Virus record (IMG/VR): IMGVR_UViG_3300032214_000855
Location: 7,354-71,353 of that record
Strand: one strand, 5' to 3'
DNA from: a virus
Lineage: Duplodnaviria > Caudoviricetes
Length of the DNA: 64,000 bases
Position numbers and translations under genes: made by a program. Shown piece by piece: positions 22,301-31,787 of the stretch. Positions within the stretch are counted from its first letter, which is position 1. Each line of letters opens with the position of its first letter. The notes below the pieces were generated by a model. That model did not search any database and was not told the DNA's origin. It saw nothing but the letters and a program-made list of their open reading frames with translations.

Positions 22301-25300
22301 TTGAAAAACTTAAAGTATATCCAATACCAACTCCCAATCCCAATGATTCTTTGGGGTCAAAATAAAATTCTGTATTTGATTTATACCCAAACTTAGGGGA
22401 ATATGTATTTTCAAAGATTATTCTTCTTGAATATTCTTGAACTAAATCGAATTCCGAATGAGCAGAACCCACAGTTCCATGCACTGATCTTAAAACTCTA
22501 ATTCTAGAAGATAGACTATCGATATTTAATACTTTAACTTTTTCTGTTCCTATACCCAAAATATCATTTGGGGTAAAAATATCAATATTACCATATATTG
22601 AAAAATATGTTACTATTCCAGTTGAAGAAACATTACCAACATTTTCTTTTAATAATACAGAATTATTAGAGACATTGATCAGTTGTAAACCATCAAAAGT
22701 GTACGTAGAAGTGCTTAATCCCGATATTGATACTATTTCTTCATTTTTAAATTCATGAGGATTCTCACAAATTCCAACAAATGAATTGTATTTAAAATCT
22801 GGATAAAATTCAACATTACTAACACTAGTCGTAGATGCACTTACGTGTTGTATTTCTTTACCAGCAACTTTAGAAACTTTTGCTATAGCACCATAACCAG
22901 ATGTTCCGGTATTATCAAATGTGATATTATCTCCAACTTTATAATCTTCTCCAGGATTTACTATTTGTATATTTTCAATGTATCCTGGAGAAACTGACTT
23001 AACTTCAGATGATTCTATTCTATAATCTTCTGTATTTAAATAATTATAACTTATATTTTCATCAGTTAATCCGTATGAATTAGTATTTCTTAAACATTTC
23101 AATTCATTCAAGTTAATTTTTTCTTGATTTGAAGATGAAACAAAATTAAATCCGTTTGGTTTTGATCTATAAAAATTTCCTATAAAATATGGGAATAATG
23201 GTTTTTTATACCCATTAAAACTAATAGATGGTGTTAAATCTACTGTAGAAAAATAAGCATACACGCCAGAAGGAAACTCTGGAGTTACACAAAATCTTCC
23301 ATTATATTCGTCTAGATAAGTATCATTATTTTTATTTTTATATTCATAATCTTCTATAAAAAATCCTAATGAGAAATTAGGTCTATTTAATACTTGTGAA
23401 GTTTTTAATGAATAACCCGAATTTAACTGAACTATACCACCGCTTCCATCTCTATTTGCATATCCATATGGTCCATATATTGGATTCCCATCATACGCCC
23501 ATCCTATTAATGGAGAATGTGTGGTGTTAAGAGGATCCAAATTATCATTTAATATTTCTTTTAATTTTCTTGGATAATATAAATGCCCATATTGTAATTG
23601 ATCTTGATTTGAAATTGAGTTAAATAAAACCCCATCATCTAATTGATCAAAAGATTCTAAAAATCTTTCCACTAAATTAATAGTCCAAGTTTGAATATTT
23701 GGATATAAACTTACACCACTTCCATTAGAATTTACTATTAGTTGGGTTCTGTTTTGAATATATCCAATCCCACTTTCAATGACTTTAACTGAAGTTATAC
23801 TACCATTAACTGTAATTGGATTTAGTACTGCACCAATTCCATCTCCAATTATTGAAATCGTTGGAGTAGAATTATAATTTTGTCCCGAAGAAATAATAGA
23901 TACATCTACTATTCTTCCATCACTTACGACCGGACTTAATATAGCACCGGAACCAGAATCTAAAGAAATCTCTGGAATTCTATTAAAATTTAAAATATCA
24001 GAAGACCCATAATTAGTACCTTTATCATTCAAGTAAATAGAAGATACTCTTCCAGTAAATTTTGGATTAACTTTACACTTAAATATATCTTTGGATATTG
24101 TTCCCCCTACTCCCACATCACCAATAACTTCTACTTTTATCTCTGGGTAGTTAAAAATATGAGTACCAACACCAACAGAATTGAATTTAATATATTGTGC
24201 TGATTTATAGTAAAAATCTTTTTCGGTAATTCCAGCACCTATTTGGGAAAGAGTAAAACTATCATCGCTTAACTTAGTGACAAAATACTCTTCATTGTTT
24301 GATAGACCAGAGATTTCAGTGCCTTCAACTGAATATTTTAATATTTCTCCAGATTGATAACCATGATTGTCAATAGAAACCAAACCATATCCAAAATAAG
24401 TACTAATTCCTAATGATGTTGTAGTTCTTTTTTTATTTTGATATCCACTTCCAGGATCAACAATACTAATAGATCCTACTGTAATTTTTTTATTGAATGC
24501 TAATATTTTATGTTCTCCTACCCCAGTAGAAGTAAATGATATTGCGATTCCAGAGTTAAAATCATCGACATTGTAATGAAGTTGAATTTCTGTTGGTGAC
24601 TTTACCGAAACATAATACGAAGAATTTGTAGATATTCCTCCAATAGAAGTATATCCATTTGTCTTATAGATTACTTTTTCCCCATTTCTGAACTTATGAT
24701 AAGTAGAAAACCCTATTTTTGAAGAAATAGAATTCCCTGCAGTTACGTTATTCTGAGCATCAAATAAAATTTCATGATCTATTAGTTTAATATTTGCTAA
24801 TGCCTTTGCTCCTGTTCCATTTCCTCCAGTTATATTAATTAATGGAGTTTCTATATAATCAAAACCAGGATCAATAACTTCAATATTAGACAATTCTCCT
24901 TCTACTGAACAATACCCAGATGCTCCACTACCCAAAGAATCTGATATATTTAATGTTGGGGGGTTTATTAAATCATAACCACTTCCCGAAGATAATACTT
25001 CTATTGACTTTATTTCACCATAATATATTTTATCTGTGGATTTGCAGTTAAGTATTTCTGTTCCATTTATCAGTACTCCAATTGGTCCAGATAAAGATTC
25101 GTAGATATTACTATCATTGGTTATTGTGGGAATTACTCTAAGTAATTTTTGAGGTGATAGTTCTTTAGAATTGAAATTATAAAATTCTATTTTGCAACCA
25201 TCTGCATCATCAAATGTTGAGGTTTCATCTAAATTTAACTCTACAAATTCTGATTTATAAATTGATGATCTACTCTTACATAATTTAATTTCCGTATCAT

Positions 25301-27209
25301 TAATTTTTTTTATAAAATAAACACCTTCTTCAAGTAAATTTGGTGCTTTTTCATTATCTGCGGGAGTAAAATATACTATATCCCCACTTTCAAAATAATG
25401 TCCGCCACTTACACTAATCGTACTAATTCCAATGAAATTTCCAGTAACAGAAAAATCGTTTATAGTTAATGGTTGATCTTCATATCTTGGTAATGAATTT
25501 GTTGCAACTATTAATTGATTATCCTTTTCATAAACATTCTGAACATCCGATGAAATTTTTAATAGATTTGAATATTTTGGTGAATTTACATTCACCTTTG
25601 ATATTTTTCTTCTTATTGAATATAAGAGATCTTGAGATAAATCGATACCTTTAATTGAAAAAGATTTTTTATTGAAAACTTGATCTACTTTTATATTCGA
25701 TCCACTTATAGATTCAATCTCTATAAAATCACCTTTTTTTAAAATATTATTTGATTTTGTTGTTATAGTATATTTTCTCTCTTCTGCACTTGTCAATTCT
25801 ACAGAACAATTGTGATAAGTTGGAGAAATATTTAATAACCAGTTATTAAATTTAAAGTTATCATCCTCATTAAATCCCAAAGATTTTACAGTTATCTTTG
25901 TATTTGGAACATGGTAGAAATTATCAGAGTCTTCATCAAATTCAACTTGATTTAATGCTGAATTAATTTTAATTTTTATTATACTATCTTCATTTTCTGA
26001 GTTGGTTGATATTCCATAAGCAAATGTGTTAATTGATACTATGGATCCATCTGAAATAGAATTAATATTTCCACCATCTACGCTAAAACATCCATAAAAT
26101 TGATTTACTGACTTTGATGTATATGAAACTATACCAGAAGTTCCATCTGTATAGTTTACACTTAAATGACCATTTTCAGGAAATCCTAATGTAGATTCTA
26201 CAGTAATTACATCGGATAATTCTGTATGGTTATCAATTACTTTAGTTTTTGGATGAATTTTAAATTCCCCATAAACAGAACCATCTACACTAATGTCTCG
26301 TGAATATCCTGCATCTAAACTTAATTTATAATATTTTGTTCCAGATTTTGTGATGAGGGTTTCTACATTTGTTACTGGAGAATAAGACTTCGTATAACTA
26401 CCATATACATACTCATCCTGATATAGTGTAGAATTCACTAAATCTAATGGATTTCCTTCTATTGATTCAACTAAAAAGTCAAAGGTTATATTATACTGAG
26501 CATCTGATGGTTTAAATAGATAATCTTTTGGACGTATAATTTTTATACTCTCACCATAGAGACATTTAAATAGTATATTAAAGGATTCGTCAGTTCCTTT
26601 GGTGGAATAAAAATCCCTTGCTTGTTTAATAAAAAGTTTTTCGTTAATAGAATTATATAACTCTTTTGATTCAAATCCTGGCAAGAGTTGATACTTAGTT
26701 TTTCTTAAAAATTCTTTTAAGAATAATACGCTTAAATTTATTATTTTTGAACCAGATTCATGTTCATTTGATTGTGAAGTTTTAAATAATAATTGATCTG
26801 ATGCTCCATCAGATTCGTGAGAAACCACTCCACTAAATCCTCTTACACACCCAACAAAAGAATCTCCAGAAATTTCTCTATAAGTAATAATTTCGTCGTC
26901 AATTTGCAATAGACCGTATGATTTTGGAAATCCGTCAGTTCCTGTGGGACTTTTTTCTAAATCAATGGTGATTATTTCGTCAGAAAATGATATACTATCC
27001 TTTAATACTGCATCAGTTACAGTTTCTGCAGAATTATCTAACTTAATATACTTATCAATATTTTGAATCAAATCTACTGGAGATCCTTGATATTCATTGG
27101 AAATATAATATTGATTTAGAAATTCGGAGAATAATGGAAACTCCTCCCTTACATATTCTGGGAGTTGATTTTCTACGATATTATTGAATTTAATTCTGGT
27201 TTCTGACAT
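16362..27209 (-). CDS. gp7: giant baseplate wedge initiator gp7
   Basis: 3615 aa; starts RIKFNNIVENQLPEYVREEFPLF; HSPLIGWAYDGNPIYGPYGY, DSFYYQNFSYSIKS; between gp6 and gp8. Confidence 0.8.
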   Translation of the reverse strand: MSETRIKFNNIVENQLPEYVREEFPLFSEFLNQYYISNEYQGSPVDLIQNIDKYIKLDNSAETVTDAVLKDSISFSDEIITIDLEKSPTGTDGFPKSYGLLQIDDEIITYREISGDSFVGCVRGFSGVVSHESDGASDQLLFKTSQSNEHESGSKIINLSVLFLKEFLRKTKYQLLPGFESKELYNSINEKLFIKQARDFYSTKGTDESFNILFKCLYGESIKIIRPKDYLFKPSDAQYNITFDFLVESIEGNPLDLVNSTLYQDEYVYGSYTKSYSPVTNVETLITKSGTKYYKLSLDAGYSRDISVDGSVYGEFKIHPKTKVIDNHTELSDVITVESTLGFPENGHLSVNYTDGTSGIVSYTSKSVNQFYGCFSVDGGNINSISDGSIVSINTFAYGISTNSENEDSIIKIKINSALNQVEFDEDSDNFYHVPNTKITVKSLGFNEDDNFKFNNWLLNISPTYHNCSVELTSAEERKYTITTKSNNILKKGDFIEIESISGSNIKVDQVFNKKSFSIKGIDLSQDLLYSIRRKISKVNVNSPKYSNLLKISSDVQNVYEKDNQLIVATNSLPRYEDQPLTINDFSVTGNFIGISTISVSGGHYFESGDIVYFTPADNEKAPNLLEEGVYFIKKINDTEIKLCKSRSSIYKSEFVELNLDETSTFDDADGCKIEFYNFNSKELSPQKLLRVIPTITNDSNIYESLSGPIGVLINGTEILNCKSTDKIYYGEIKSIEVLSSGSGYDLINPPTLNISDSLGSGASGYCSVEGELSNIEVIDPGFDYIETPLINITGGNGTGAKALANIKLIDHEILFDAQNNVTAGNSISSKIGFSTYHKFRNGEKVIYKTNGYTSIGGISTNSSYYVSVKSPTEIQLHYNVDDFNSGIAISFTSTGVGEHKILAFNKKITVGSISIVDPGSGYQNKKRTTTSLGISTYFGYGLVSIDNHGYQSGEILKYSVEGTEISGLSNNEEYFVTKLSDDSFTLSQIGAGITEKDFYYKSAQYIKFNSVGVGTHIFNYPEIKVEVIGDVGVGGTISKDIFKCKVNPKFTGRVSSIYLNDKGTNYGSSDILNFNRIPEISLDSGSGAILSPVVSDGRIVDVSIISSGQNYNSTPTISIIGDGIGAVLNPITVNGSITSVKVIESGIGYIQNRTQLIVNSNGSGVSLYPNIQTWTINLVERFLESFDQLDDGVLFNSISNQDQLQYGHLYYPRKLKEILNDNLDPLNTTHSPLIGWAYDGNPIYGPYGYANRDGSGGIVQLNSGYSLKTSQVLNRPNFSLGFFIEDYEYKNKNNDTYLDEYNGRFCVTPEFPSGVYAYFSTVDLTPSISFNGYKKPLFPYFIGNFYRSKPNGFNFVSSSNQEKINLNELKCLRNTNSYGLTDENISYNYLNTEDYRIESSEVKSVSPGYIENIQIVNPGEDYKVGDNITFDNTGTSGYGAIAKVSKVAGKEIQHVSASTTSVSNVEFYPDFKYNSFVGICENPHEFKNEEIVSISGLSTSTYTFDGLQLINVSNNSVLLKENVGNVSSTGIVTYFSIYGNIDIFTPNDILGIGTEKVKVLNIDSLSSRIRVLRSVHGTVGSAHSEFDLVQEYSRRIIFENTYSPKFGYKSNTEFYFDPKESLGLGVGIGYTLSFSNPGSGITSLFIPSKTIYLPNHKLNTGDELIYSPNGGSSIQVSINGISSVSLSNYSKVFVAKISEDLIGIATVKVGIGSTGGFAGITSQTKNSTTLYLSGIGTATYHSFKTNYGKIYGQVSKNTITVSTGSTHGLKTGDLVSINVNPKNSNTIIIKYNDKKRRLIVNPKSFVSSGINTINGTISISNHNFVTGQKIIYNTDLSTQTLKDNEIYYVFSVDKDTIKLSDSYYNSISTNPKTLEITSQSNGSISLINPEIRLYKESEVIFDLSDSTLSYTSNNNSYSAFKFEIYTDPYFKNSFDIVNSQEELIINQQGSVGISSDAKITLSVKEDFPEKLYYRLVPTFSDGISYPKVKEELIIDNVLVSSNNTLSILKSEYSGDYPIFVGVNSTSTFEYILPNTPEVVSYSSTISSLIYNTSSEDAFGPISEIKITSPGRNYLSLPKITKINSNIGKDALLDCFSESIGIIKSTKINNIGFDFSSDYTLLPSNYPILVLKLESLYSIDKITVSSFGINYITPPKLIVVDEKTKEPITDLDLEFSLSDTNVKILKNTSNLSGLTPKIIPTNNNNGFRIINVVFNSITKIVTVTFTYNGDFPFVVGDNVLIENVKVLDIEDKGYNSENYRYSLFSVLSTTPNPGLGEGTITYSLNDYLNSEENPGIFDSSNLLGRVIPEKYFPSFNISLKVGEYLTGERIKTEFANESEGYISNWDEYSGLITISNPTRDFEIGEIIQGESTGSKSKILKIYKTKSTTSLSSKTKVNKGWNQNSGFLNDKLQKLQDSFYYQNFSYSIKSKIDYDTWKDSVLTLNHPKGFKVFSDYQLESSQFVGISTTKQSDLSITLDIFSKSDFNNYYFDLSSETSFQLDSTLVSDEIIFKNKTVKDYILSSGNLVLPIDDISSQFDSSDEVSKKDFSLSSNNYPIFKRIFNASNTSIVDIEVNTIEIENHFFVTGEKISYSNGTNSSSNSIGIVTTYFGVGIGTTNKLPNEVYVVKISDNKIKLSKSAEDALSSSPVTLDLVNAGVGTTHYFSCFDQNSRVVISIDGIIQSPISLTKTKTSLSSTVSISTNLVYVTGISSFFNGDFIKIDNEIMKINSVGIGSTNLINVNRSLFGTQSESHSQGATVSKVIGNYNIVDSDINFASPPLTLSDPLDSSILQKSKFHGRCFIKSGYPDQNKSTYSNNYIFDDVSDSFTGISSGFILKNNETNVSGISTDNIILLVNNIPQIPSPNTNEISLLNNYYLAESSGVTTVFFVGSNNIPNQNDINTTSLPINGVIVSVGSSGGFGYQPLVSAGGTVVVSISGTISSVSIGNSGSGYRTGAQNPVRVGVITSNNKTTYIGIASISQGNVVGVSITNPGIGYSSLNPPILVIDDPLPYSNIPLIYSSSSSGVGTGAKVDIVVGNGSSVIDFEFKNFGYNYKKGDILTIPIGGLVGIPTDTTKQLNNFNILVEEVKSDKFSGWFIGALKVFDDISGLFNGITQRFPLTINNQRFSLVSEKGSKINLQNNLLVFINDVLQIPGESYNFTRGDRIIFNEAPKGKSSDNVVSGDKCKILFYMGNIDYDTETVDIVESIKEGDELQLSYDIFSQQPQSLNQDKRTITSLYINSAETELYFGAGISQDQSLYRPTFVRKQTEDKLIDSSIVSKSRKIYEPSIYPSSYIINTVGVNTTVLYVDNIRPFFNSSKESSSGNLNFQNEVTLLSQDIIQFANASSTVSSAGTVTSINIIDSGSGYTSSPSIILESPVGLGTTFRATASSSINGGKISNIAVISGGTGYSQSSPPEVLIEPPSIKKETCEVTGYFGDHGIITGIATTSIVGVASTCLVFDLFIPNNSYLRDSSISGTATTISGIQPGDYFVVYNSKVGNGVTSLNASNQIVGIGTSGLDNVYVVRSVSIASSSVPTGGQSTVVKVVSSVSSYNNLTGLGFSNFYGEYSWGKITLAKTTSTNTYNTYRNNGITGLTTGGVVIRSEPLRYFGYVL

Positions 27210-27215
27210 ATTCTT

Positions 27216-29126
27216 TTAGGATCTTACTAAGTTTCCATTAGTGTAACTTGAGGACACAATATAATTTGATGCGGAAGGATCTGCTCCTGAGGAAATCTCA
27301 TCAACAACCATTTCAAATAAACTGCTATTAATATCTAGTTGTAAATATAAATCCTGTAATCCAATTACATCATTTGATTTTGGAGAAGTCGATATTTGAA
27401 TTGTGGGTTGTCCATTTATTATTTTTTCTGCTGAAATTATATTTAATGGATTTAAATTAATAATTCCTTTTTTATAATCTACAGTTCCTGCATTTCTTAT
27501 TACAATATTAAAATCAGTTGAATTTTTATTTGGCAAACTAAAGAAAAATATAATTCCAGTCTCTCTATCAGTGTTTGGTATATCTGATAAGTAAAGATCT
27601 TGCTGTATTCCAGACATTCTAAATGAAGATGATTTAATGTTAAATCCATTCAAGTCTGAAATATGAAATTGATTACCAAATCCAATAGAATAAGTTGCAA
27701 AGGAATTTAATACAACTCTTAAATCTCTACGTATTGAAATTTTTGTAATATTTGAAGTAACTGCAGCATGACTATCATCTACAACTTTCAAAAATTTACT
27801 GTATTTAAATCTTGCTCCATATTTATTTAATTCTGTAGACTTTGCATATTTATTTACATTATAGTTGATACTTGTTAACACCTGATCCGGGCCAGATGAT
27901 AAATTTGGATTATAATAAATTTTAGAATCAGTTTCTATATACAGATATTTTAAATCTAGAATTTCGGGAACTATTCCCGCCACTGCATATTGCTTTAGTT
28001 TTGTTTTTATATTTTCTTTAATTAAATTTGGTAAAAATTCACCAGTTCTAGGTTTAATGCTGATAAAGACCTTTCCATACTGAGGTGGAATCAATTCTTC
28101 CCCACCAAAAACAGAAATAGATTCTGTTTCTGGATATATTACATTCTTGACTAAAGATTCATAATCATTTGATGTTACTGCTCTGTTCTGTGAAGCATAT
28201 ATTCTTCCGGAGTATTTTTTAACAGATTCGATTGATTCAATGTCTTCTCCTCCAGATGAAATTAAACCAGTTGTTAATAAAGAAATTCCTGAAGTAATGT
28301 TTTCATTATTGGAAGATTTTAATAACCCAGAAAAAGAAAATTGAGAGATTCCATTTCCAGATTCGCCATTGGACACAATATATGAAACCTCTATCTCATC
28401 ATTATTCTGCAAAGATTCTCCAAAAATACCATCTCCAAAAATTATTTCATATCTTTCATCATCTACTTCTTGTATAAAAAATACTTTAGAGTTTTTATCT
28501 ATTTCTAAAATATTTTTATGAAGGATATAGTTTGATTTAACTCCAGATCTCTCTACAGATACTGAAAGTAATTCAGTATCAATACCGGAGTTTGGTAAAA
28601 TAAATCTCTGGTTTAAGTTATTTGTACTATATGTAAATTTATTGGTGACTAAAGAACCTTCATAGATTTTTATATCATCAAAAGATGCTACTCCATTTAG
28701 AACTGGTTTTGTAATGTTCTCTAATATGGAAAATACAAATGATTGATTTGAAAAACTTTTTGAACTGGTAGATATTATTCCCTTATTCAGAGTCACAAAA
28801 GAACTTTGTGTATCTGAATTTGAAAAATCTACAAAAAAACTTACGGTCGCTCTTGCAGATTTTCTAGATCTAGGAATATACCCTATATTTCTAGCAAGAG
28901 AAACAACATTTTCTCTTAGTGTGGCACTATCAATAAAAACCTCATTTGCGACCATATTCGCATTATATGAGGTAATATAGGTATTATATGCTAATACGTC
29001 TAAAATTGTGGAAAGATTAGAACCTTCAAAATTATAATCAGTAAAATTTGAGTTTGACCTCAAATAATCTTTTAGTGTTGTTTTGATTTGATCAAAATCT
29101 AAATTTGAAAAATTTGTTAATGTCAT
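27216..29126 (-). CDS. gp6: baseplate wedge subunit gp6
   Basis: NLDFDQIKTTLKDYLRSNSNFTDYNFEGSNLSTILDVLAYNTY..ASQNRAVTSNDYE. Confidence 0.93.
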   Translation of the reverse strand: MTLTNFSNLDFDQIKTTLKDYLRSNSNFTDYNFEGSNLSTILDVLAYNTYITSYNANMVANEVFIDSATLRENVVSLARNIGYIPRSRKSARATVSFFVDFSNSDTQSSFVTLNKGIISTSSKSFSNQSFVFSILENITKPVLNGVASFDDIKIYEGSLVTNKFTYSTNNLNQRFILPNSGIDTELLSVSVERSGVKSNYILHKNILEIDKNSKVFFIQEVDDERYEIIFGDGIFGESLQNNDEIEVSYIVSNGESGNGISQFSFSGLLKSSNNENITSGISLLTTGLISSGGEDIESIESVKKYSGRIYASQNRAVTSNDYESLVKNVIYPETESISVFGGEELIPPQYGKVFISIKPRTGEFLPNLIKENIKTKLKQYAVAGIVPEILDLKYLYIETDSKIYYNPNLSSGPDQVLTSINYNVNKYAKSTELNKYGARFKYSKFLKVVDDSHAAVTSNITKISIRRDLRVVLNSFATYSIGFGNQFHISDLNGFNIKSSSFRMSGIQQDLYLSDIPNTDRETGIIFFFSLPNKNSTDFNIVIRNAGTVDYKKGIINLNPLNIISAEKIINGQPTIQISTSPKSNDVIGLQDLYLQLDINSSLFEMVVDEISSGADPSASNYIVSSSYTNGNLVRS

Positions 29127-29528
29127 TTATCTAGAAGGAAGTAATACAAATTCTAACTGTTGGGGTTGTACATCTGCACCAATAATTCTATAGATTATTG
29201 TGACATTAAATGAATTATTGTCATACTCTGGAACAACACTAACATCAATTAATTCAACTCTTGGTTCATAATTTTCAATAGAATTTTCTATTTCATCCTT
29301 AATTGTGGTAGATGTAAGATCATCAAGGTTTTCAAATAGTGATTTTTTTACTTGAGAACCAAAAGAAGGATTAAAAAATTTTTCTCCTGGTTGAGTAAGT
29401 ACAATATTTCTTATAGAACGAGCAATCGCAGTTTCATTTTTAATTCCAATAAGATCATTATTCAGAGGATTAGTCTGAAATGACATACTTATATCTTTAA
29501 AACCACTACTTACTCGTTCTAAAGGCAT
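29127..29528 (-). CDS. gp25: baseplate wedge subunit gp25
   Basis: FKDISMSF..IARSIRNIVLTQPGEKFFNPSFGS..IENYEPRV. Confidence 0.92.
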   Translation of the reverse strand: MPLERVSSGFKDISMSFQTNPLNNDLIGIKNETAIARSIRNIVLTQPGEKFFNPSFGSQVKKSLFENLDDLTSTTIKDEIENSIENYEPRVELIDVSVVPEYDNNSFNVTIIYRIIGADVQPQQLEFVLLPSR

Positions 29529-29549
29529 ATTAAATTTAAAATTTAATAT

Positions 29550-29556
29550 TATTTAT
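29550..29556 (-). promoter_or_regulatory. late promoter ATAAATA
   Basis: tatttat about 22 bp upstream of gp25. Confidence 0.7.
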
Positions 29557-29810
29557 CATAGATTTTTTGATTCGTAAATGGGTTCCGTGCCATATTCCCA
29601 ATCATCATAATCATTATCATTTCTAATTTTTGAATGAATGTCGTTTTGATGATAAAAATCGTGTTTTTTCGGTGTCAAATCATCATTTGCAATCTCACGA
29701 AGCATTTTTTGCTTCTCAACTTTAGATTCCCAACCATATTCAGATGACAAATACCGAGTTCCCCACTCATTTTTCATAAAATTTTGATCTTTATCGACTT
29801 GTTTAGTCAT
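29556..29810 (-). CDS. hypothetical protein
   Basis: 84 aa ORF, same strand, fits gene packing. Confidence 0.7.
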   Translation of the reverse strand: MTKQVDKDQNFMKNEWGTRYLSSEYGWESKVEKQKMLREIANDDLTPKKHDFYHQNDIHSKIRNDNDYDDWEYGTEPIYESKNL

Positions 29811-29867
29811 TTTTTGCTCCTGATACTTTAGATCAGAACTTTTTACGGGGTTTCTATCCCGTTATGT

Positions 29868-30470
29868 TCAAAAATCGATATAAAAACCCTTTCTAAGATA
29901 ATCTTGATCCTCTATAAAAGTTAAATTTTCTATTTTCTTAAAATTTTCTTCTTTCCAAACTGGAATTGCAATTGAATTTCCATATCTAAAATCAGGATTT
30001 CTCCTGAAATGAACTTCAATTAGTTTATTATCTATGAATTCACAGTTTATCCAGTCATAGTTTCCTTTAATTTTGTTTAAAACCGCAGGAAACTCTATAT
30101 TTTTTTCTATCTTATACCATTTATTCCACTTGTAAAGAGGATCTTCTGTATTTTTTTCACCAACAACTACTAATGAAGATTTTTTCTGATAGAAATCCAC
30201 ACTTAAATGTGTTCCCTCAAATATTTCGCACCAAAATTCTGCCGGATGTAGATGATCCGTTTCTTTTTCCAACCATTCTATACGAGAAAAACGTCCCATA
30301 CCAAGCAAATTAATACTAGGTCGGACTATATAATACCCAGAAAAAGGAACAGGCACCCCTGCAGGTCCGCAGAGATGCCCTAGAATATGATTTAAAAAGA
30401 GTTTGTTATATACCCAAAGATCTTCATTATGAATATGTTTCCATTCTTCGTAACAATCTAGTGGATACAT
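29868..30470 (-). CDS. hypothetical protein, possibly ATP-grasp-like
   Basis: 200 aa; IVRPSINLLGMGR and NCEFIDNKLIEVHFRRNP loosely resemble ATP-grasp motifs. Confidence 0.55.
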   Translation of the reverse strand: MYPLDCYEEWKHIHNEDLWVYNKLFLNHILGHLCGPAGVPVPFSGYYIVRPSINLLGMGRFSRIEWLEKETDHLHPAEFWCEIFEGTHLSVDFYQKKSSLVVVGEKNTEDPLYKWNKWYKIEKNIEFPAVLNKIKGNYDWINCEFIDNKLIEVHFRRNPDFRYGNSIAIPVWKEENFKKIENLTFIEDQDYLRKGFYIDF

Positions 30471-30485
30471 AGTCTTTTTAACTAT

Positions 30486-30620
30486 TTAACCTTTACCCTG
30501 ACCCCTATATTTTTTCTTACGTCCATTACGAGAAGTTGCACTGAGTAATGTGCGAGCAGAACGACCTTGACGTGTTTTCTTAGGCGCTCCAGATTCAAAT
30601 TCCTTTTTATTCATTGCCAT
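30486..30620 (-). CDS. small basic protein (44 aa)
   Basis: Manual translation MAMNKKEFESGAPKKTRQGRSARTLLSATSRNGRKKKYRGQGKG. Confidence 0.65.
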   Translation of the reverse strand: MAMNKKEFESGAPKKTRQGRSARTLLSATSRNGRKKKYRGQGKG

Positions 30621-30621
30621 T

Positions 30622-30774
30622 TTAGATTTCCTCCAATTCTATAAGTTCTGGATCAATTAGTTCTCCTGAGAAAAAAGATTCTGAGAAGTCTTGTAGAATC
30701 TCACTACATTCTTCTGCAGTAAGATCTTTATAAATTTTACGCCCTTTATAAAGGACATTGTAAAGTTTATTCAT
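30622..30774 (-). CDS. small acidic hypothetical protein (50 aa)
   Basis: Manual translation MNKLYNVLYKGRKIYKDLTAEECSEILQDFSE..; TAATG overlap with upstream gene. Confidence 0.65.
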   Translation of the reverse strand: MNKLYNVLYKGRKIYKDLTAEECSEILQDFSESFFSGELIDPELIELEEI

Positions 30775-31541
30775 TAGATAATACGAGTTTTCTCATGACC
30801 AACTCTAATACGAGGATCGCACCAGATTTTGTATCCCTTATCAATAGCATCAAGACAGAAAGAAACATCTTCTCCACACATATCTTGAACTGCGCCTGAC
30901 TCAAAGACTTGCATCTTTGGAGCAAACCAAGGATACTCAAGATTCTCAAAAACTCCTTTCTTAATCAGTACCCAACCAAATCCAGTATAATCAACTGTAA
31001 ATGGTTTCTTACGCTTTGAGATAGACTCTACAGTTTCGTGATTCATGACTCCACCATTCTTGCGGAAATCATCTTCTTCCAACCAGTGTGCGACAGAAGT
31101 TGTGTGTCCATCTTCAGTTGCATACCAACCAGCAACTACTTCACGATCTTCTCCTTCTTCATTCAAAGCAAGATCACAGAGTTGCCAGAATTTGTTAGAA
31201 TCAAAGACAATATCCGAGTCAATCCAAAGTTGATAATCATATTCAAGTTTTCCGTCCCAAGGAACTTGTTTTGGTCCCCTTAGAACATTTGCTCCAAGAC
31301 ATTTGCATCGCGCAAAATTAACCATTGACGAATAATCTTGGGAGATCTGAATGCTCATTCCATTCTGTACAATATCAAAACAAAGTTGTACAAATGCTTT
31401 CAAAAAGATAAAAGAGCATCCTCGACCGGGCAAACAAAAAACAATCGATTTTCCTCGCATCCTTTCTTTAATAGCATTATAATCCCACTCTTGAGATGCG
31501 GGTTTTGGTGCTGCCGCTTTAACAGTAAATCCTTTTGCCAT
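30774..31541 (-). CDS. glycosyltransferase-like protein (GT-A fold)
   Basis: 255 aa; SIVFCLPGRG, YQLWIDSDIVF (DxD), GFGWVLIKKGVFE, GEDVSFC, RVGHEK. Confidence 0.7.
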   Translation of the reverse strand: MAKGFTVKAAAPKPASQEWDYNAIKERMRGKSIVFCLPGRGCSFIFLKAFVQLCFDIVQNGMSIQISQDYSSMVNFARCKCLGANVLRGPKQVPWDGKLEYDYQLWIDSDIVFDSNKFWQLCDLALNEEGEDREVVAGWYATEDGHTTSVAHWLEEDDFRKNGGVMNHETVESISKRKKPFTVDYTGFGWVLIKKGVFENLEYPWFAPKMQVFESGAVQDMCGEDVSFCLDAIDKGYKIWCDPRIRVGHEKTRII

Positions 31542-31563
31542 AAAAAATAAAACCTTCAGTTCA

Positions 31564-31593
31564 ATTTTAACAGTCTATATATGCAGTTGTCAA
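31564..31593 (-). promoter_or_regulatory. sigma70-type promoter TTGACA-N18-TAAAAT
   Basis: tgtcaa at 31588-93 and atttta at 31564-69 on + strand, upstream of the GT-like gene. Confidence 0.5.
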
Positions 31594-31787
31594 TGTGAAG
31601 AGTTTAAACTCATTTCTTTCTGAAAAATTAATTCCTCATAGGATAAGTCTTCTATAACATAGTCAGTTTTCATAATTCCTACCATATTATTAATGGTGCT
31701 CCAAGTTGTTTCGAATTCATCCTCTTTGATAGAATGAAATAAACACTTATCTTTTGCGTAGATGTGATATATTTTTTCTGTTTGCAT
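31590..31787 (-). CDS. hypothetical protein
   Basis: 65 aa ORF. Confidence 0.65.
   Translation of the reverse strand: MQTEKIYHIYAKDKCLFHSIKEDEFETTWSTINNMVGIMKTDYVIEDLSYEELIFQKEMSLNSSH

Noticed and set aside
1-29528. Introns or inteins in terminase or structural genes
   Set aside because: ORFs are continuous, with no intein (C..HN) or embedded endonuclease motifs recognised
29845-29862. Hairpin ACGGGATAGAAACCCCGT as a terminator
   Set aside because: It is followed by A's, not U's, on the coding strand; it may be a small cis-element but there is no support beyond the stem
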